Program-made: the position numbers and the translations under genes
Notes under the pieces: generated by a model
The model's database searches: none
The model's input: only the letters and a program-made list of their open reading frames with translations
What the model was told of the DNA's origin: nothing
Source: an uncultured Nitrososphaerales archaeon
GTDB taxonomy: Archaea; Thermoproteota; Nitrososphaeria; Nitrososphaerales; Nitrososphaeraceae
Assembly: GCA_963713605.1 (NCBI GenBank)
Contig: CAVQMO010000010.1
Coordinates: 544,001 to 608,000, forward strand
Reading direction: 5' to 3'
Length of the DNA stretch: 64,000 bases
Shown: positions 9,731-20,976 of the stretch, piece after piece
Layout of the letters: each line of letters opens with the position of its first letter
Numbering within the stretch: position 1 is the first letter of the stretch

Positions 9731-9937
9731 GTGTTTAAGATGAGGACGGCCGCTATCACATATTTAGATATTCTTCACCCCAGGTGTGATTCAATTGACT
9801 GTACACAAGATGCCAAGTGCGAGAGGGAAATAAAAGTCAGCGATAGATTAGGTCATTCCTTTATGTTTACAGCATTTTTCTGTGAAAAGCACAAAGGTGA
9901 GGCAAAGATGCCATGGGACGATAGACTAATCCAATAG
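9731..9937 (+). CDS. Small putative zinc-binding protein (Cx4C...CxxH), paralogue 1
   Basis: CDSIDC...FTAFFCEKHK; paralogous to 10949..11140. Confidence 0.7.
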   Translation: MFKMRTAAITYLDILHPRCDSIDCTQDAKCEREIKVSDRLGHSFMFTAFFCEKHKGEAKMPWDDRLIQ

Positions 9938-10178
9938 CAGACACTAGTCAGGGCCGTCTTATTCACTCACTCTATGATATCATAAGGAAAAATCTAAGAT
10001 AGTGTAAGATAGTGTAAAAAGTTGACTTCTTTACGTCCCACACGATTTCTAGATGATCAGGCTCAGTATGAGGCTTTCCCAACTACACCTTTTATTTCTT
10101 TATTGAGATAACCTGCCCTAATTCGTGCCTTACCCCACCTCACACTTTAGGCATAGAAATAGAGTTAAGACATAGATA

Positions 10179-10644
10179 AAATATGCAAGCAAAATAACTG
10201 AGTCTGTTGACACCATTCTCCTGGGACGGAAAATGACTGATGTCTTCATCTCTTCCTGGTTAGATGCGATGAACAAACCTGATGACCCCTGATATGCGTT
10301 CTCTAAAAAGATGATAGAAACCCCAAAAGTTGTGTTCACTAAAACACTGAACAAATCTAGGTGGATAAATACAGATATTGCAACAGGTGATCTCATAGAA
10401 GAAGTTAGCAAGATAAAGAGCCAAAACGGGTGACATTATCGTTTATGGTGGTGCCTCATTTGATTCTTCCTTGATTAAAGAAAAACTAATTGACGAATTT
10501 TATTTGTTTATTAATCCTGTGGCAATCGGAAACGGTATGACCATATTTAAGGACTTGAACGAGATTCAAAAATACTCTCTGATTGAATCAAAAGTGTTTA
10601 AAAGCGGTAAAGTATTGCTCCGTTATGAGCCAAAGAAATCTTGA
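10179..10644 (+). pseudogene. Dihydrofolate reductase/RibD C-terminal-like pseudogene
   Basis: DTILLGRKM...PKVVFTKTL...DIIVYGGASFDSSLIKEKLIDEFYLFINPVAIGNG; 5'-truncated, in-frame TGA at 10290, frameshift near 10430. Confidence 0.85.
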
Positions 10645-10850
10645 CAACAATAATAACGACAACGGCAAGAACTAGACCTTATTTAGACAGTGATCGATAG
10701 ACCTAAAAACTTGTTATACCCCAAGGACTAGTAATGACTTCGTTCGTGAGAACGCATGTCTTGGATTCGCCGACAGAAATCACGCCGCTGACAAATGGGT
10801 TCTGATACTGGGATGACAGGCGGACTTGGTATTTTAGCTGCATTAAGGAG

Positions 10851-10920
10851 TCTAGTCTATCGTTGCTAGGATTAGTTAACCTTGTCAAGTGAGGAAGATA
10901 ATCAATCTACATATACAATA
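10851..10920 (+). repeat. Duplicated upstream/promoter element, copy 2
   Basis: Matches 9650..9719. Confidence 0.9.
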
Positions 10921-10948
10921 ACACACTTAATGTGTGTAAGAATGTATT

Positions 10949-11140
10949 GTGTCGCCCTCAAATATAGATATTTTTAATCCTAGCTGTGATGCCATTGAAT
11001 GTGAAGAAGATGCCAAGTACGAGAGAGATATAAAAGTTCGCGATAGGCTAGGTCAACCTTTTATATTTACCGCCTTTTTCTGTGAAAGGCACAAAAACGA
11101 AGCTCAGACCCCATGGGATGATCATATGTGGGTTGAGTAG
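10949..11140 (+). CDS. Small putative zinc-binding protein (Cx4C...CxxH), paralogue 2
   Basis: CDAIEC...FTAFFCERHK...PWDD. Confidence 0.7.
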   Translation: MSPSNIDIFNPSCDAIECEEDAKYERDIKVRDRLGQPFIFTAFFCERHKNEAQTPWDDHMWVE

Positions 11141-11606
11141 GCGAGGCGCCTTAATGATAAGTAGCACTGATGGGATGGAAACCGTAAAAACACAGCCCCA
11201 TCGAGGTATCTAGATGGACGCAAATTATATGAAGAATGATTGCATAAGGTAGTGGGCCGTTAGGTCATGATCGCCATCCCTATTTCATCGTAGCAGAATT
11301 ACACCTGACTTGTTCCTAAAGCCTTGTTCTTTTCATATGCCTGAATAAATTCCTCGTCTTTGTAACCGAGACATCTGAATCTAACTTTCCTGCCATTTGT
11401 TCCAAGTCTTCAATCGATATGAAAACAATGGTATTATCAGTTGAGGGATTTGTAAACCCAGAGTCCTTAGGATATGACCTTACTGTCTCTTTCTGTAACT
11501 TGTCTGCAGTTTCAAGGGAGATCTCGTCTAATGCTGGAGTAGTGTTGCGTTGTCGATAGACATCGAGTTGGATAAATCTTAATTCAGTGTTAAATCTTTA
11601 GTAGCA

Positions 11607-11618
11607 TTCTGGCACTAA
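11607..11618 (+). repeat. Possible minimal terL 3'-end remnant
   Basis: TTCTGGCACTAA = FWH*; only 12 nt, so it may be chance. Confidence 0.35.
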
Positions 11619-11694
11619 GTTAGGTTTTCCTAGTCACGCGTCGACTGAAAACCCCGAAGTAATCTTTAAAAGAGTAATTGTTGCTCATCCACAA

Positions 11695-11919
11695 ATGTCA
11701 AATCCAGAAGAAAGGCGAAAAGAATTAGACGCTCTCTACAAAGTGGTTAACGACTCTCTAGATCGGAATAATGCTAGACTAAAGTATAATTTAATTCTGC
11801 AATTTAGAAATGAATTGGATTTGAGTAGGCTATGTGTAAATCAAGGCGATGCGGAAGGGGCATGGCTTCATAGTACGTTGGCTCAATCAATAGCTCAATA
11901 CCTGGACACAATGAAATGA
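11695..11919 (+). CDS. Small helical hypothetical protein
   Basis: 74-aa ATG ORF with TTTAAA about 25 nt upstream. Confidence 0.6.
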   Translation: MSNPEERRKELDALYKVVNDSLDRNNARLKYNLILQFRNELDLSRLCVNQGDAEGAWLHSTLAQSIAQYLDTMK

Positions 11920-12207
11920 CGTAAAAAGTTGTTCTGTAACCCGGCCTTCTCGTCTTTTTGGTCTGACACTCCGGTGGTCTGAATCCATATTTTAGTTAGC
12001 GCTGTTACTAGTTGGGAGTATCATTTCCTACCTCGTGATATCGTAAACGGACTATTTACTGTGAACTACAACAAAACTGGATGATGGTACCATTGTTGAG
12101 AGCTACAAAAATGGAGGTACACACGATTCAGCCAGATGGCACTTCAATTTTCATAAACAAAGTAGAGATTAAATGGGATAACCCAGCCAGATGGGCTGAC
12201 TAGGTCC

Positions 12208-12552
12208 TCATTGATTGTCACCATTTTCATTGTCGTTTGAACTGTCTTCTCCATTCCCATTACCGCTAGCATCACCATTTCCGTCCCCATTAGTCTCCCC
12301 ATTCGAATCGGTTCCTGGAGGCCCTTGTGATGGTGGACATCTCTCGATTCCTTCAGCATCAGCAGGACACCCTGATCTTCCAAGGAAATCAGGGTTGGTA
12401 TCGAGTGGGTCGACGAAACTTATTTTGCCGGTCATGTTTCCGCCGGTCATGTTTCCGCCGGTCATATTCTGTGCCATAACAGGTGTAGCAATCATCACTG
12501 TGCTAAGTCCTGCAACTATTGCTAGTATCATGAAGATTTGTTTTGAATTCAT
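12208..12552 (-). CDS. Small secreted protein with NMTGG repeats and acidic tail
   Basis: Signal peptide ...PVMAQ, NMTGGNMTGGNMTG, upstream TATA (TTATATAA). Confidence 0.8.
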   Translation of the reverse strand: MNSKQIFMILAIVAGLSTVMIATPVMAQNMTGGNMTGGNMTGKISFVDPLDTNPDFLGRSGCPADAEGIERCPPSQGPPGTDSNGETNGDGNGDASGNGNGEDSSNDNENGDNQ

Positions 12553-13151
12553 TGCCTACATTAACTGGGTATATTATATAAGGATGCCAACTGACTAAAT
12601 GGCAAGTGACAAGACAATACTCTTCAGCGATTGCAAAATTTGTCTTGCCTTGTCTCCATCTTCAGGCTCTTCATTAGGTTCAGATTCTTCCTCTTCTGAA
12701 TCCTTGTCTTCTGGTTCTTCTTCATCGGTTTAAGCAGATGAATGAATTCACTTTTGAAATAAACTATTGACGGGGGCGGATGCATTATGCATATTATAAT
12801 TGGATAAACCCTCAGCCCAAAAAAAAGAGAATTCCTACAGATATTTAGATGACGGTATTCGATACTGCTCTGCTGAAGGTTAACTAACTTTGTCATCGTT
12901 ACTAGTGAGTGAGTATCGTTTTTTCACGAATGAAATCACAAGCGATATATCACAGACGTAGGTATAAAATATTGTATCTGTTACTCAGATAGGCTAGATA
13001 TTTAAGTACCTTTTAGTCGTCCCTGTCCTCGTGTTTGCGTTTTCATCATTGTGATCTCCTACAATCAGCCTAGAGTTTTTGGCCTCCTTTTGAGAATTAA
13101 CGAATCCCAACAAAGAGAAGGGATAAATGATTCTTCTCCCAGTATACTCTG

Positions 13152-13574
13152 ATGAACGGTGACGAGACAAATAAGAAACAAGAAATATCTTTGACATTGC
13201 CTCGAAGGTTAGACTTTAAAGATATCTGTCCTGTTTGGTCATTAAAACTTAGGTCCGGATTTGATGCACAAGACGTGAAGACTCTCGTTCATGATTCAAA
13301 ATATTGTATTGTCGGTGAAGCGTGGGGATACACTGGAAAACATGCAGGATATTATATAGCTCCTTTAATTCCATTTGTAGGGTGCTGGGAATGTATAAAA
13401 TTAGGAAGAAAAATGGGCAAGATTGCTAAAGAATTTGGCCCCTTGGCTGCCCCAGACTATCTTCGACCAACAATTTACTACTTTGTTAAGCATTGGAATT
13501 TGAAGCATTCAACAATATCTGGGAAGTCAAGACGTCTAGAGATTAGGAAAAACTTGAAGTTCATTGCTACATGA
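13152..13574 (+). CDS. Hypothetical protein (Cys-containing)
   Basis: 140-aa ORF with CIVGEAWG and CWEC. Confidence 0.65.
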   Translation: MNGDETNKKQEISLTLPRRLDFKDICPVWSLKLRSGFDAQDVKTLVHDSKYCIVGEAWGYTGKHAGYYIAPLIPFVGCWECIKLGRKMGKIAKEFGPLAAPDYLRPTIYYFVKHWNLKHSTISGKSRRLEIRKNLKFIAT

Positions 13575-13627
13575 ATCTCCGTCATACATTGCAAATGAAT
13601 AATTATTGATGAGGCAGATCTCTAGCT

Positions 13628-14405
13628 GTGGTCAATATTGGCCTTATCCAATTGCAACAATATGATAAACTCGGCGCTGCTCCGAGAACTCGGCTGATAC
13701 TAGAGCACTTTAAAAGGCTCTTTCGTAAGGCATCTGATATATACGGCTCTAACATAGACCTCGTCTGCCTACCCGAGCTTTGGTACACTAGTATAGTAAG
13801 AGATTTTGAAAAGGAGTTTAAGGTCATTATCGAGGTAGCTAGGGAATATGACATCACGGTAATACCGGGGGCATTTAAAGAAAAAATTTGTGACAATATT
13901 TACGTGTCATGTCCTGTTGTTACGCCAAATGGAAGCGTATTAGGAAGGCAATTCAAAATTCATTTATTTGGGCATCAAAGGAAGACGCTAAAACCAGGCT
14001 CAAAAATAGAGGTCTTTGATATTGGTAAACTTAAGTTTAGTGTGCCTATTTGCTACGATTTAGTGTTTCCAGAGATAGCAAGAATCAGCTGTAAGTCAGG
14101 GTGCAGAGTTACTCTTCTTTCCATCAAAGATTCCCACTCCAGGTATTAATCCATGGCATTTGTATTTGCAGGTACGGGCCCTAGAAAATAGAATCCCTGT
14201 TGTCGCTTCGAATGTGTGCGGGGGCTTATTTGGTGGAAGGAGTATCATAGTGGACCTCAAGTATGATAGAGGCACAGATATTGCAACCCCCAAAATTAAG
14301 ACTGGAGCAGCTGTTAGAGAGCAAATAATAATTGTAGATATCGATCTAAAGAGATCTAGACAAATGCGTCAAAGGAGGTTTGCTGATTCGTTAATTACTA
14401 GCTAA
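13628..14405 (+). CDS. Carbon-nitrogen hydrolase (nitrilase family), one frameshift near 14090
   Basis: LPELW, KIHLF, ICYDLVFPE catalytic motifs; RALEN in the second frame. Confidence 0.9.
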
Positions 14406-14842
14406 ATGGTGAAACATTTACATACATATCGTTAGGTGGGATTGTTTGCTTACATTGATTTATGCTTCACTATTTCATTTAGCAGTCTGAGTCTTACTTT
14501 CACCAGTGGAAATCACATTCAGCATGAAGAATAATAATTAATTGCAATCATGATCATCCATTGATGCGTCTCATCCTTTCCTTGAGTGGGGTAGCTCATA
14601 ATTCCCGACTTTTTTCCCTACCTCCGCTGCAACGTCATTCTTCTATCAGCCTCATACTAATCTTCATTAAGCTTAAATCCGATTATGTGCTAAAACTGTG
14701 GTGTATTGATTGCAATGGTGATTGAACTTCCATATTGTAGATCAATTCGTAATTCTTCTTTATTTGATTGGCAATTTAATACGTCACATTTTGGCTCTCA
14801 TAATGGAGTTAGTTCATAGGATATCCGAGGACGGTCAGGAGC

Positions 14843-15334
14843 ATGATAGGCCTGAAGAACCAACAAAATCTAAAAATGCAAGGGTCAGACGGCGATTCGA
14901 TCCCTAAATATCGTGTAATGGTTGTAGATGACAATAAGGACATACTCCGAACACTAAAGTTGGGGCTAGAGGATGGTGGATTTTTAATAGAAGCATACTC
15001 TGAACCCCTTACTGTTCTTTCAATCTTTAAGACCATTTATGGTAACAGGGATGAATCACCTAATCACATGCCCTATGACCTGTTACTGATCGATGTAAAG
15101 ATGCCCGAACTCAACGGGGTGGAATTAACAAAAGAAATCAGGAAACTAGCAACTGATGCAAATGCAATCCCCCCACCTATTTGTTTCATTACCGCCTTCG
15201 ATGAGTACTATGAGATCCTAAAGGATTTGTTTCCAAAGAATAAACATGACACTGATATCTGTCTGATCCATAAACCAATTGAAATTGAGAATCTAACGAC
15301 AAGATTAAAACATGAGATCGCATTGCACAAGTAA
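14843..15334 (+). CDS. Stand-alone response regulator receiver
   Basis: VVDD, LLIDVKMPELNG, FITA, KP motifs. Confidence 0.9.
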   Translation: MIGLKNQQNLKMQGSDGDSIPKYRVMVVDDNKDILRTLKLGLEDGGFLIEAYSEPLTVLSIFKTIYGNRDESPNHMPYDLLLIDVKMPELNGVELTKEIRKLATDANAIPPPICFITAFDEYYEILKDLFPKNKHDTDICLIHKPIEIENLTTRLKHEIALHK

Positions 15335-15755
15335 TTGGAAATGTCCCCGATTGATCGTTTCCTGTGAGATTCAGAGCAATTCTTCCTGACCGGTCTTCAT
15401 CATAAATTTGCGAATAACATGCAATATACATTGCTAAAGTGCTAGGTATTGTCACTTTTCATTTTGTTGAATACATAAGAGCAAACTAAGATCGGCAGAT
15501 GCACTCGAACCAGATTCACGATTCGGACAGCTTTGCTCGGCTGGGGTGTCTGCAAGTGAAATCTTTAAAGGAAAAATGATGATCTGATTTGTGTTGTATT
15601 GTTGCATTATCGTAAATGCATGACCGTTTCAGATGTATGCTATAGAGTGTCGCTTCTCTCAGTTCATTCGTTGATTATGCATGTATCTCAGCACTACCAA
15701 AGGACTAAAATATAGCTGATTTCAAATTTCTCTTGAACTTTCTAGAAGATAAAAT

Positions 15756-16089
15756 TCATAACGGGCCAGGCCCGGTGGGCACGATGAGTCCGACTATTCC
15801 AGAAATAATCCAAATAATTAGAGCTATTATGAATGCCCTTATCCAACCGAAACTAAATAGAGCTTTCAGCGCGAGTAGCCATACAATACCCCCTGATACT
15901 GCAGCCAAGAAGCCGTGGCCAAAAATGAAGTAGACTACACCATAAACAGCCGAACCAATAAGAGCAGGCAGCAAATGCATGCTTTATTCCTTCTTTTTCT
16001 CCAAAGAGTTTAGTTACAATGTAAATAATGACTGTCGAAATTACCAGTCCTATGACAAAGAGAACCATGCTCCATAAAGTATCTGCCAT
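15756..16089 (-). CDS. Small membrane protein (frameshift near 15980)
   Basis: Two overlapping hydrophobic ORFs join into a 4-TM protein. Confidence 0.7.
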
Positions 16090-16723
16090 ATTAAGAGGTC
16101 AGATCCGGTTATTTTTATATCAATCGTAGATCTCTTCCAGTTGCTGCAGTCTATTGTATTCTGTTAAAATTCTTTGTACCTAGCAGAGATTACTTTGAGC
16201 ATTATTTTGATATTACAACAACAAATAAGACTAGACAAGTATGCACGAAAATCGAAGTAGTATTGCGAATCCGGGGAAAAGTAGGATGAACTTAATATTC
16301 AAAAGATATTTGAATATGCTTCACAACGCTTAGGGTAAACCTTCTGAGATATGGCCACGTAACATTGAAAGAATAACCAAAATCAGATACCCGATCCGGA
16401 TCCCGTCATCGTTATCCGTGTCGCCTGAAATGTCAACTACTCTTGTCTTTGCTCTGCGAATAATGTAATAGACGAATATTACTGAAGAGAAAATGCATTA
16501 ATAGATTATGAGATAAATCTCAAGAAAGCCCTTCTGAGGCACTTGTAAAGAGCGAAACAGAGAATTCGCTCTGAAATCACCTTACCTTGAAGCCGAAAGA
16601 GATAGCCTACCCACTTTGATACAACAGATAAGGGAGCGGGATAGAGGATGTTCCGTGATATGTCCAATCTTGATTTGCGAGCGGCTTTCATTAAGTTAAA
16701 AAGTTAGTCAGTACCTGAATTTC

Positions 16724-16978
16724 ATGACGTCACGGTTTAATGACCATCTGCATTATGACCAGGCACGAGCTAGGATCTTAATGCTTAATTTGAAGCTTGC
16801 GCAATATAGATTGTCTCATTACTTGACACAAAGAAACTGTGCTAGGTGCAATGTAGAATCCGGTGTTACTTACAATTGCGAGCACACCGGCCTAAGAGAT
16901 ATGTGCTCTGAATGCTATCAGTTCATTCACTGGATTGGCACTACCGATATGGTGAAGAATGAGGAACAAATGAAATAA
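16724..16978 (+). CDS. Small Cys-rich putative zinc-finger protein
   Basis: CARC...CEH...CSEC...H. Confidence 0.55.
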   Translation: MTSRFNDHLHYDQARARILMLNLKLAQYRLSHYLTQRNCARCNVESGVTYNCEHTGLRDMCSECYQFIHWIGTTDMVKNEEQMK

Positions 16979-17091
16979 ATGAATCCTTCTCCGAATTGTC
17001 AGTAACCTCACTCAGGAATTCATTGATACCAAAAAGGAGGACATAATTCTCGCTTGAATTTGAGTAATAACTAAAGTTTACACCATTTGTT

Positions 17092-17655
17092 TTATCTTTT
17101 GCTTATTAATCGGGTTTTTTCTCCTTTAATTCCCGCGTAAATTATCTCCGCTCCTTGAATGACCAGTGCCACAACCATCACTACCACCACCACAAATATG
17201 CCAAATTGTTGATTAGTGAGTACGAACCCAGCCAATACAATACATATCGCTCCAGTTGCTATACGAAACATTCGCTGGGATTGACGCGGAAAAGACTTTC
17301 TGACACCGTCTATTACTCGTATGACACCATTGAAGAGCAATGCTAACCCCACAATTAGAACAAGGAATTTTATACTATTTTGAGGGAAGGCAATAGTGAT
17401 AATTGCGAAGAACAATACCACAGAGCCAATCCCAATATTTATCATCCTTGACCTTCTTGAAAGATATTCTGTTCCAATTCCGCTTGCGATCCTCTCTACT
17501 CCAACAGTAAACAGAACTATTGCAAAAATAATCATTGCTGTCACAGGAGCAAGAGTCGGTACTGCAATCACTGATATTGACAAGATAATGGCTGTTGATC
17601 CTATTGCAATCTGAAGAATTCTAAGCCATAGAGACGGGGCTGATGCCTCTTTCAT
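17092..17655 (-). CDS. HdeD/DUF308 family membrane protein
   Basis: Six TM helices in a repeated hairpin pattern; WLRILQIAIG start. Confidence 0.8.
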   Translation of the reverse strand: MKEASAPSLWLRILQIAIGSTAIILSISVIAVPTLAPVTAMIIFAIVLFTVGVERIASGIGTEYLSRRSRMINIGIGSVVLFFAIITIAFPQNSIKFLVLIVGLALLFNGVIRVIDGVRKSFPRQSQRMFRIATGAICIVLAGFVLTNQQFGIFVVVVVMVVALVIQGAEIIYAGIKGEKTRLISKR

Positions 17656-18003
17656 CGATTTTATAAAGGCACTGCGTCGCCATTAATAATCGTATTCCTA
17701 TTTACAATTGGCATTTCGCACTGAACTAACTTCTCTACTACTACTATTTTTATTATTACTATTGAAAGAACATGATGAAATAAGAACAAGCGCTTAGTAA
17801 ACGAATATTTTTGGAAGATATTTGAAGGTGAACTTAAGAAATAATCATTATGTTTGAGTTTATGTCAGAAATAATAGGATGACGAATCGAATTCTTCTAC
17901 TTGATTGTATCTCCTTTTACTTGGAATCGGTTGGCCACTTCGTACTTTGCCTTGCTCTCGAAGAGTCAACTCAACTGATTTTATTTAGAGCTTGATCAAT
18001 AGT

Positions 18004-18567
18004 TCATCTTTTGAAGCCCGTAGTAGGTACCAGGCTTGTTTCCCTCCCAGAGAAACCTGAAACGATCATCTGGATACCAATTATGATCAACGCTAATCCT
18101 ATGAAGAAACCAGCAAGAACCACACCAAAGAATGGAGACACTAATATCATCACCGAAATGACCACCGCGAGAATGCCTACACCAATACTAAATCCTCTGG
18201 ACCATCCTCTAAGCTGTTTGTCCGCGAATCCGTGAATAATCCGTGCGAAGCCGTCGAACATCAATGCGAAGGCCATAAGAAATATCAGGAATAACGTTGC
18301 ACCGAGAGGGAAAGCCAAGGCAATCGAAGCAAGAATTATTACTATAACTCCTAAACCAACTGTTGCCCATTTAGACTTGTGCTGGATAAAAATGCCGCTA
18401 ATGATTTTTTCAATTCCTACGAAAATTAGCACCACAGCAAGTAGAATAACAAGTGAGATTACGGTTAGACCTGGGAAAAACAATGCTGCTCCTGAGACAA
18501 TTATTGCAAGAATACCCAACCCAATTTGTACTGCTCTTTTCCAACCCGGTGCCTTTACTGAACTCAT
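18004..18567 (-). CDS. HdeD/DUF308 family membrane protein
   Basis: KAPGWKRAVQIGLG...DGFARIIHG. Confidence 0.85.
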   Translation of the reverse strand: MSSVKAPGWKRAVQIGLGILAIIVSGAALFFPGLTVISLVILLAVVLIFVGIEKIISGIFIQHKSKWATVGLGVIVIILASIALAFPLGATLFLIFLMAFALMFDGFARIIHGFADKQLRGWSRGFSIGVGILAVVISVMILVSPFFGVVLAGFFIGLALIIIGIQMIVSGFSGRETSLVPTTGFKR

Positions 18568-19121
18568 CTTTTGATTTACGTTGCTTATGCATTCAGGACC
18601 TATTTAAGTAAATAGACAAAACAATATGATAGAATTGTCTAGATCTATTTCTCCAGTTGGTACCAATTCTAAATCATGGAGCTTAAGCTGTAGTTTAATG
18701 ATTCTTCAGAATCCTGAAACAATAATTAAGCTGCTGACTTTCACCACAGACATACCGATCTGATAGAAAATGGGACTATCAGCTGTCAAATTAAATATGA
18801 AATAATCCCCATTGTCGTACTCTATCTCCCCTTGAATTATTTCTCATTTTTCGTATCGTTCATGACCAAAGAAATATTTATGAAGCTTGGTGAAATTTGA
18901 AATTAGTAGTTGCCGGTGACTCAATTATCTTTGTTCCATCGCATTCAATCATTGATCAGATTGGGAACAAAAGCTAGGACGAGAGGAGAATCTACCTTTA
19001 AAGAAATTTTGAGATTTAACCAACAGCATATCTAGCAATCTACCAGATGATAAATAGATAATTAATACTGTATTCAATTTATCAAAAGCAATTTATACTG
19101 CCTCGATCCCTCATGTAAGTA

Positions 19122-19676
19122 ATGAGTGATTTAAAGGCTCCAGGATGGGTTCGTGCGGCTCAAATAGGTTTGGGAGCGATAGCCATAATCTTATCTATAA
19201 CGCTTCTTGTTATTCCAGGAGCCGTTTTGACTTCAATTATCTTTATTATAGGAATCCTTTTGCTAATACTAGGTATTGAGAGTGTTATCAGTGGGCTCTT
19301 TGTAAAGAGCAAATCTCGTATGGGAGGTGTCGGTTTAGGAATCTTAGTTATCATACTCTCACTAATAGTAATAGCATTTCCAGCGGCAGTAGGCGTGTTT
19401 GTGTTAATACTTATCGGAATTGTACTCCTTATAGATGGTATCTCAAGACTTGTGCATGGATTTGGAGACAAAGAGCGCCGGGGCTGGTCAAGAGGATTCC
19501 GTATTGGTGTGGGAGCATTGGAAATTGTCCTAGGCATCTTGATAATGGTTTCACCTGGATTTGGAGCTGCATTCGTAGGCCTCATAATTGCAATAGCCGT
19601 ACTGATAGTCGGAATAGAAATGGTTATAGCTGGATTTAAAGGAAGAAGAATGAGGCTGCCGACCTCTGGACGGTAA
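19122..19676 (+). CDS. HdeD/DUF308 family membrane protein
   Basis: KAPGWVRAAQIGLG...DGISRLVHG; close paralogue of 18004..18567. Confidence 0.85.
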   Translation: MSDLKAPGWVRAAQIGLGAIAIILSITLLVIPGAVLTSIIFIIGILLLILGIESVISGLFVKSKSRMGGVGLGILVIILSLIVIAFPAAVGVFVLILIGIVLLIDGISRLVHGFGDKERRGWSRGFRIGVGALEIVLGILIMVSPGFGAAFVGLIIAIAVLIVGIEMVIAGFKGRRMRLPTSGR

Positions 19677-19989
19677 CTATATTAAAATCTATTGACTCTC
19701 TAGATTCGTTATGAGGTCGTGAAGCTAACGATACAAGTCGACGTTGATGCAAGATGACTGTATTATTACGGTGAAGGTCACTCTACTCATTTTTGAATTC
19801 AATCAATAGGTTTGTTGTTGAGGCCGATGCCGACTAATCCAGAATTTAGCATATACTGTAAAGGACTAATTCTTGTCTATTGTATGATTGGTAAATGTTT
19901 CTACTCGACTTGTTAGGATTCAATTCTCTCCCGATTAACCATACCCAACATTGACGACGTAGACTTTTAAATGATCCAAGCGTGCCAAT

Positions 19990-20730
19990 TCATTCAGTTT
20001 TCTCCCGGATGTCCAGTAAATTGAACTCTTTCAAGAAATCGGTCATGACATCCTGCGAAATATCTTCAACCCTAACCTCTCCAGCCATAACTTTTTTCAA
20101 GCTATTTACTATCCGAAAGAATCGTTCTACCGTCATGACCAACCCATAGTAATCACGAACCCTTTCCAGTGTTGTTTCATAATGTTTACTAATACCTGAT
20201 GCTGTTGCGTCTGAGATAAGAATTACATCATATCCGATATTAAAGGCGTCTCGTAATGATGTTTCTACACATATCGAAGTATCGACTCCGCAGATAATTA
20301 GAGTATTTATTCCCTCGCTCTGTAACCAGACCCTTAGTTCGGTGTCTTGAAATGCAGAATCCCTTCTTTTGATAACGACATGATCAGAGTCCTCAGGTCT
20401 GATTTCATCAATAGTTTTCGCGTCCCATGTTCCCCTTACGCATATGGGTACTTTCAATCGTTCTTCCCGCGTTACTGGAAGCAGTCTGTGAACTCGAGTT
20501 AAGAGATCTATTCCACTGGGTTCTCTAATAGCTTCGGTATAAAAAACAGGAATTAGATTTGCCCTACAAAAATCTATCAGCTCCTTGGTTTTGGGTATAA
20601 TTTTCCTATACTCTTCGGTATTCATACCCAGCAGATCATAGGATCCTCCTTCACTAACGAATCCGTTTTGCATATCGACTACCAATAGTCCGAAATTAAA
20701 TGCATATTTACCAAGCTGAACTTCGAACAT
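19990..20730 (-). CDS. Isochorismatase-family cysteine hydrolase
   Basis: VVDMQNGF, KRRDSAF, GVDTSICVETS (Asp-Lys-Cys triad). Confidence 0.9.
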   Translation of the reverse strand: MFEVQLGKYAFNFGLLVVDMQNGFVSEGGSYDLLGMNTEEYRKIIPKTKELIDFCRANLIPVFYTEAIREPSGIDLLTRVHRLLPVTREERLKVPICVRGTWDAKTIDEIRPEDSDHVVIKRRDSAFQDTELRVWLQSEGINTLIICGVDTSICVETSLRDAFNIGYDVILISDATASGISKHYETTLERVRDYYGLVMTVERFFRIVNSLKKVMAGEVRVEDISQDVMTDFLKEFNLLDIREKTE

Positions 20731-20976
20731 TTGAAGAAAATTCTCTAGAGGTGTTTATAAGGATACTGTAGCGCAGTCGGACAGATCCAGTTTATGTAAA
20801 GAACCTGATCGGTTTTAGCATATAACATCTAGTCAGGAATGGCAGCACAAATAGTAGTAGAACAAAAACTAGTCCTTCATAAAGCACTATGAATATTCGA
20901 GTTTTGATCTTCGTGTGCACATTCATTATTCAAAGTGAACATTTAGAACCCTTCCCACGAGCTCACAGCTAGATCT

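Noticed and set aside
715..11618. Intact provirus
   Set aside because: Only terL tail fragments; no recognisable portal, capsid, integrase or TerL ATPase domain in the window
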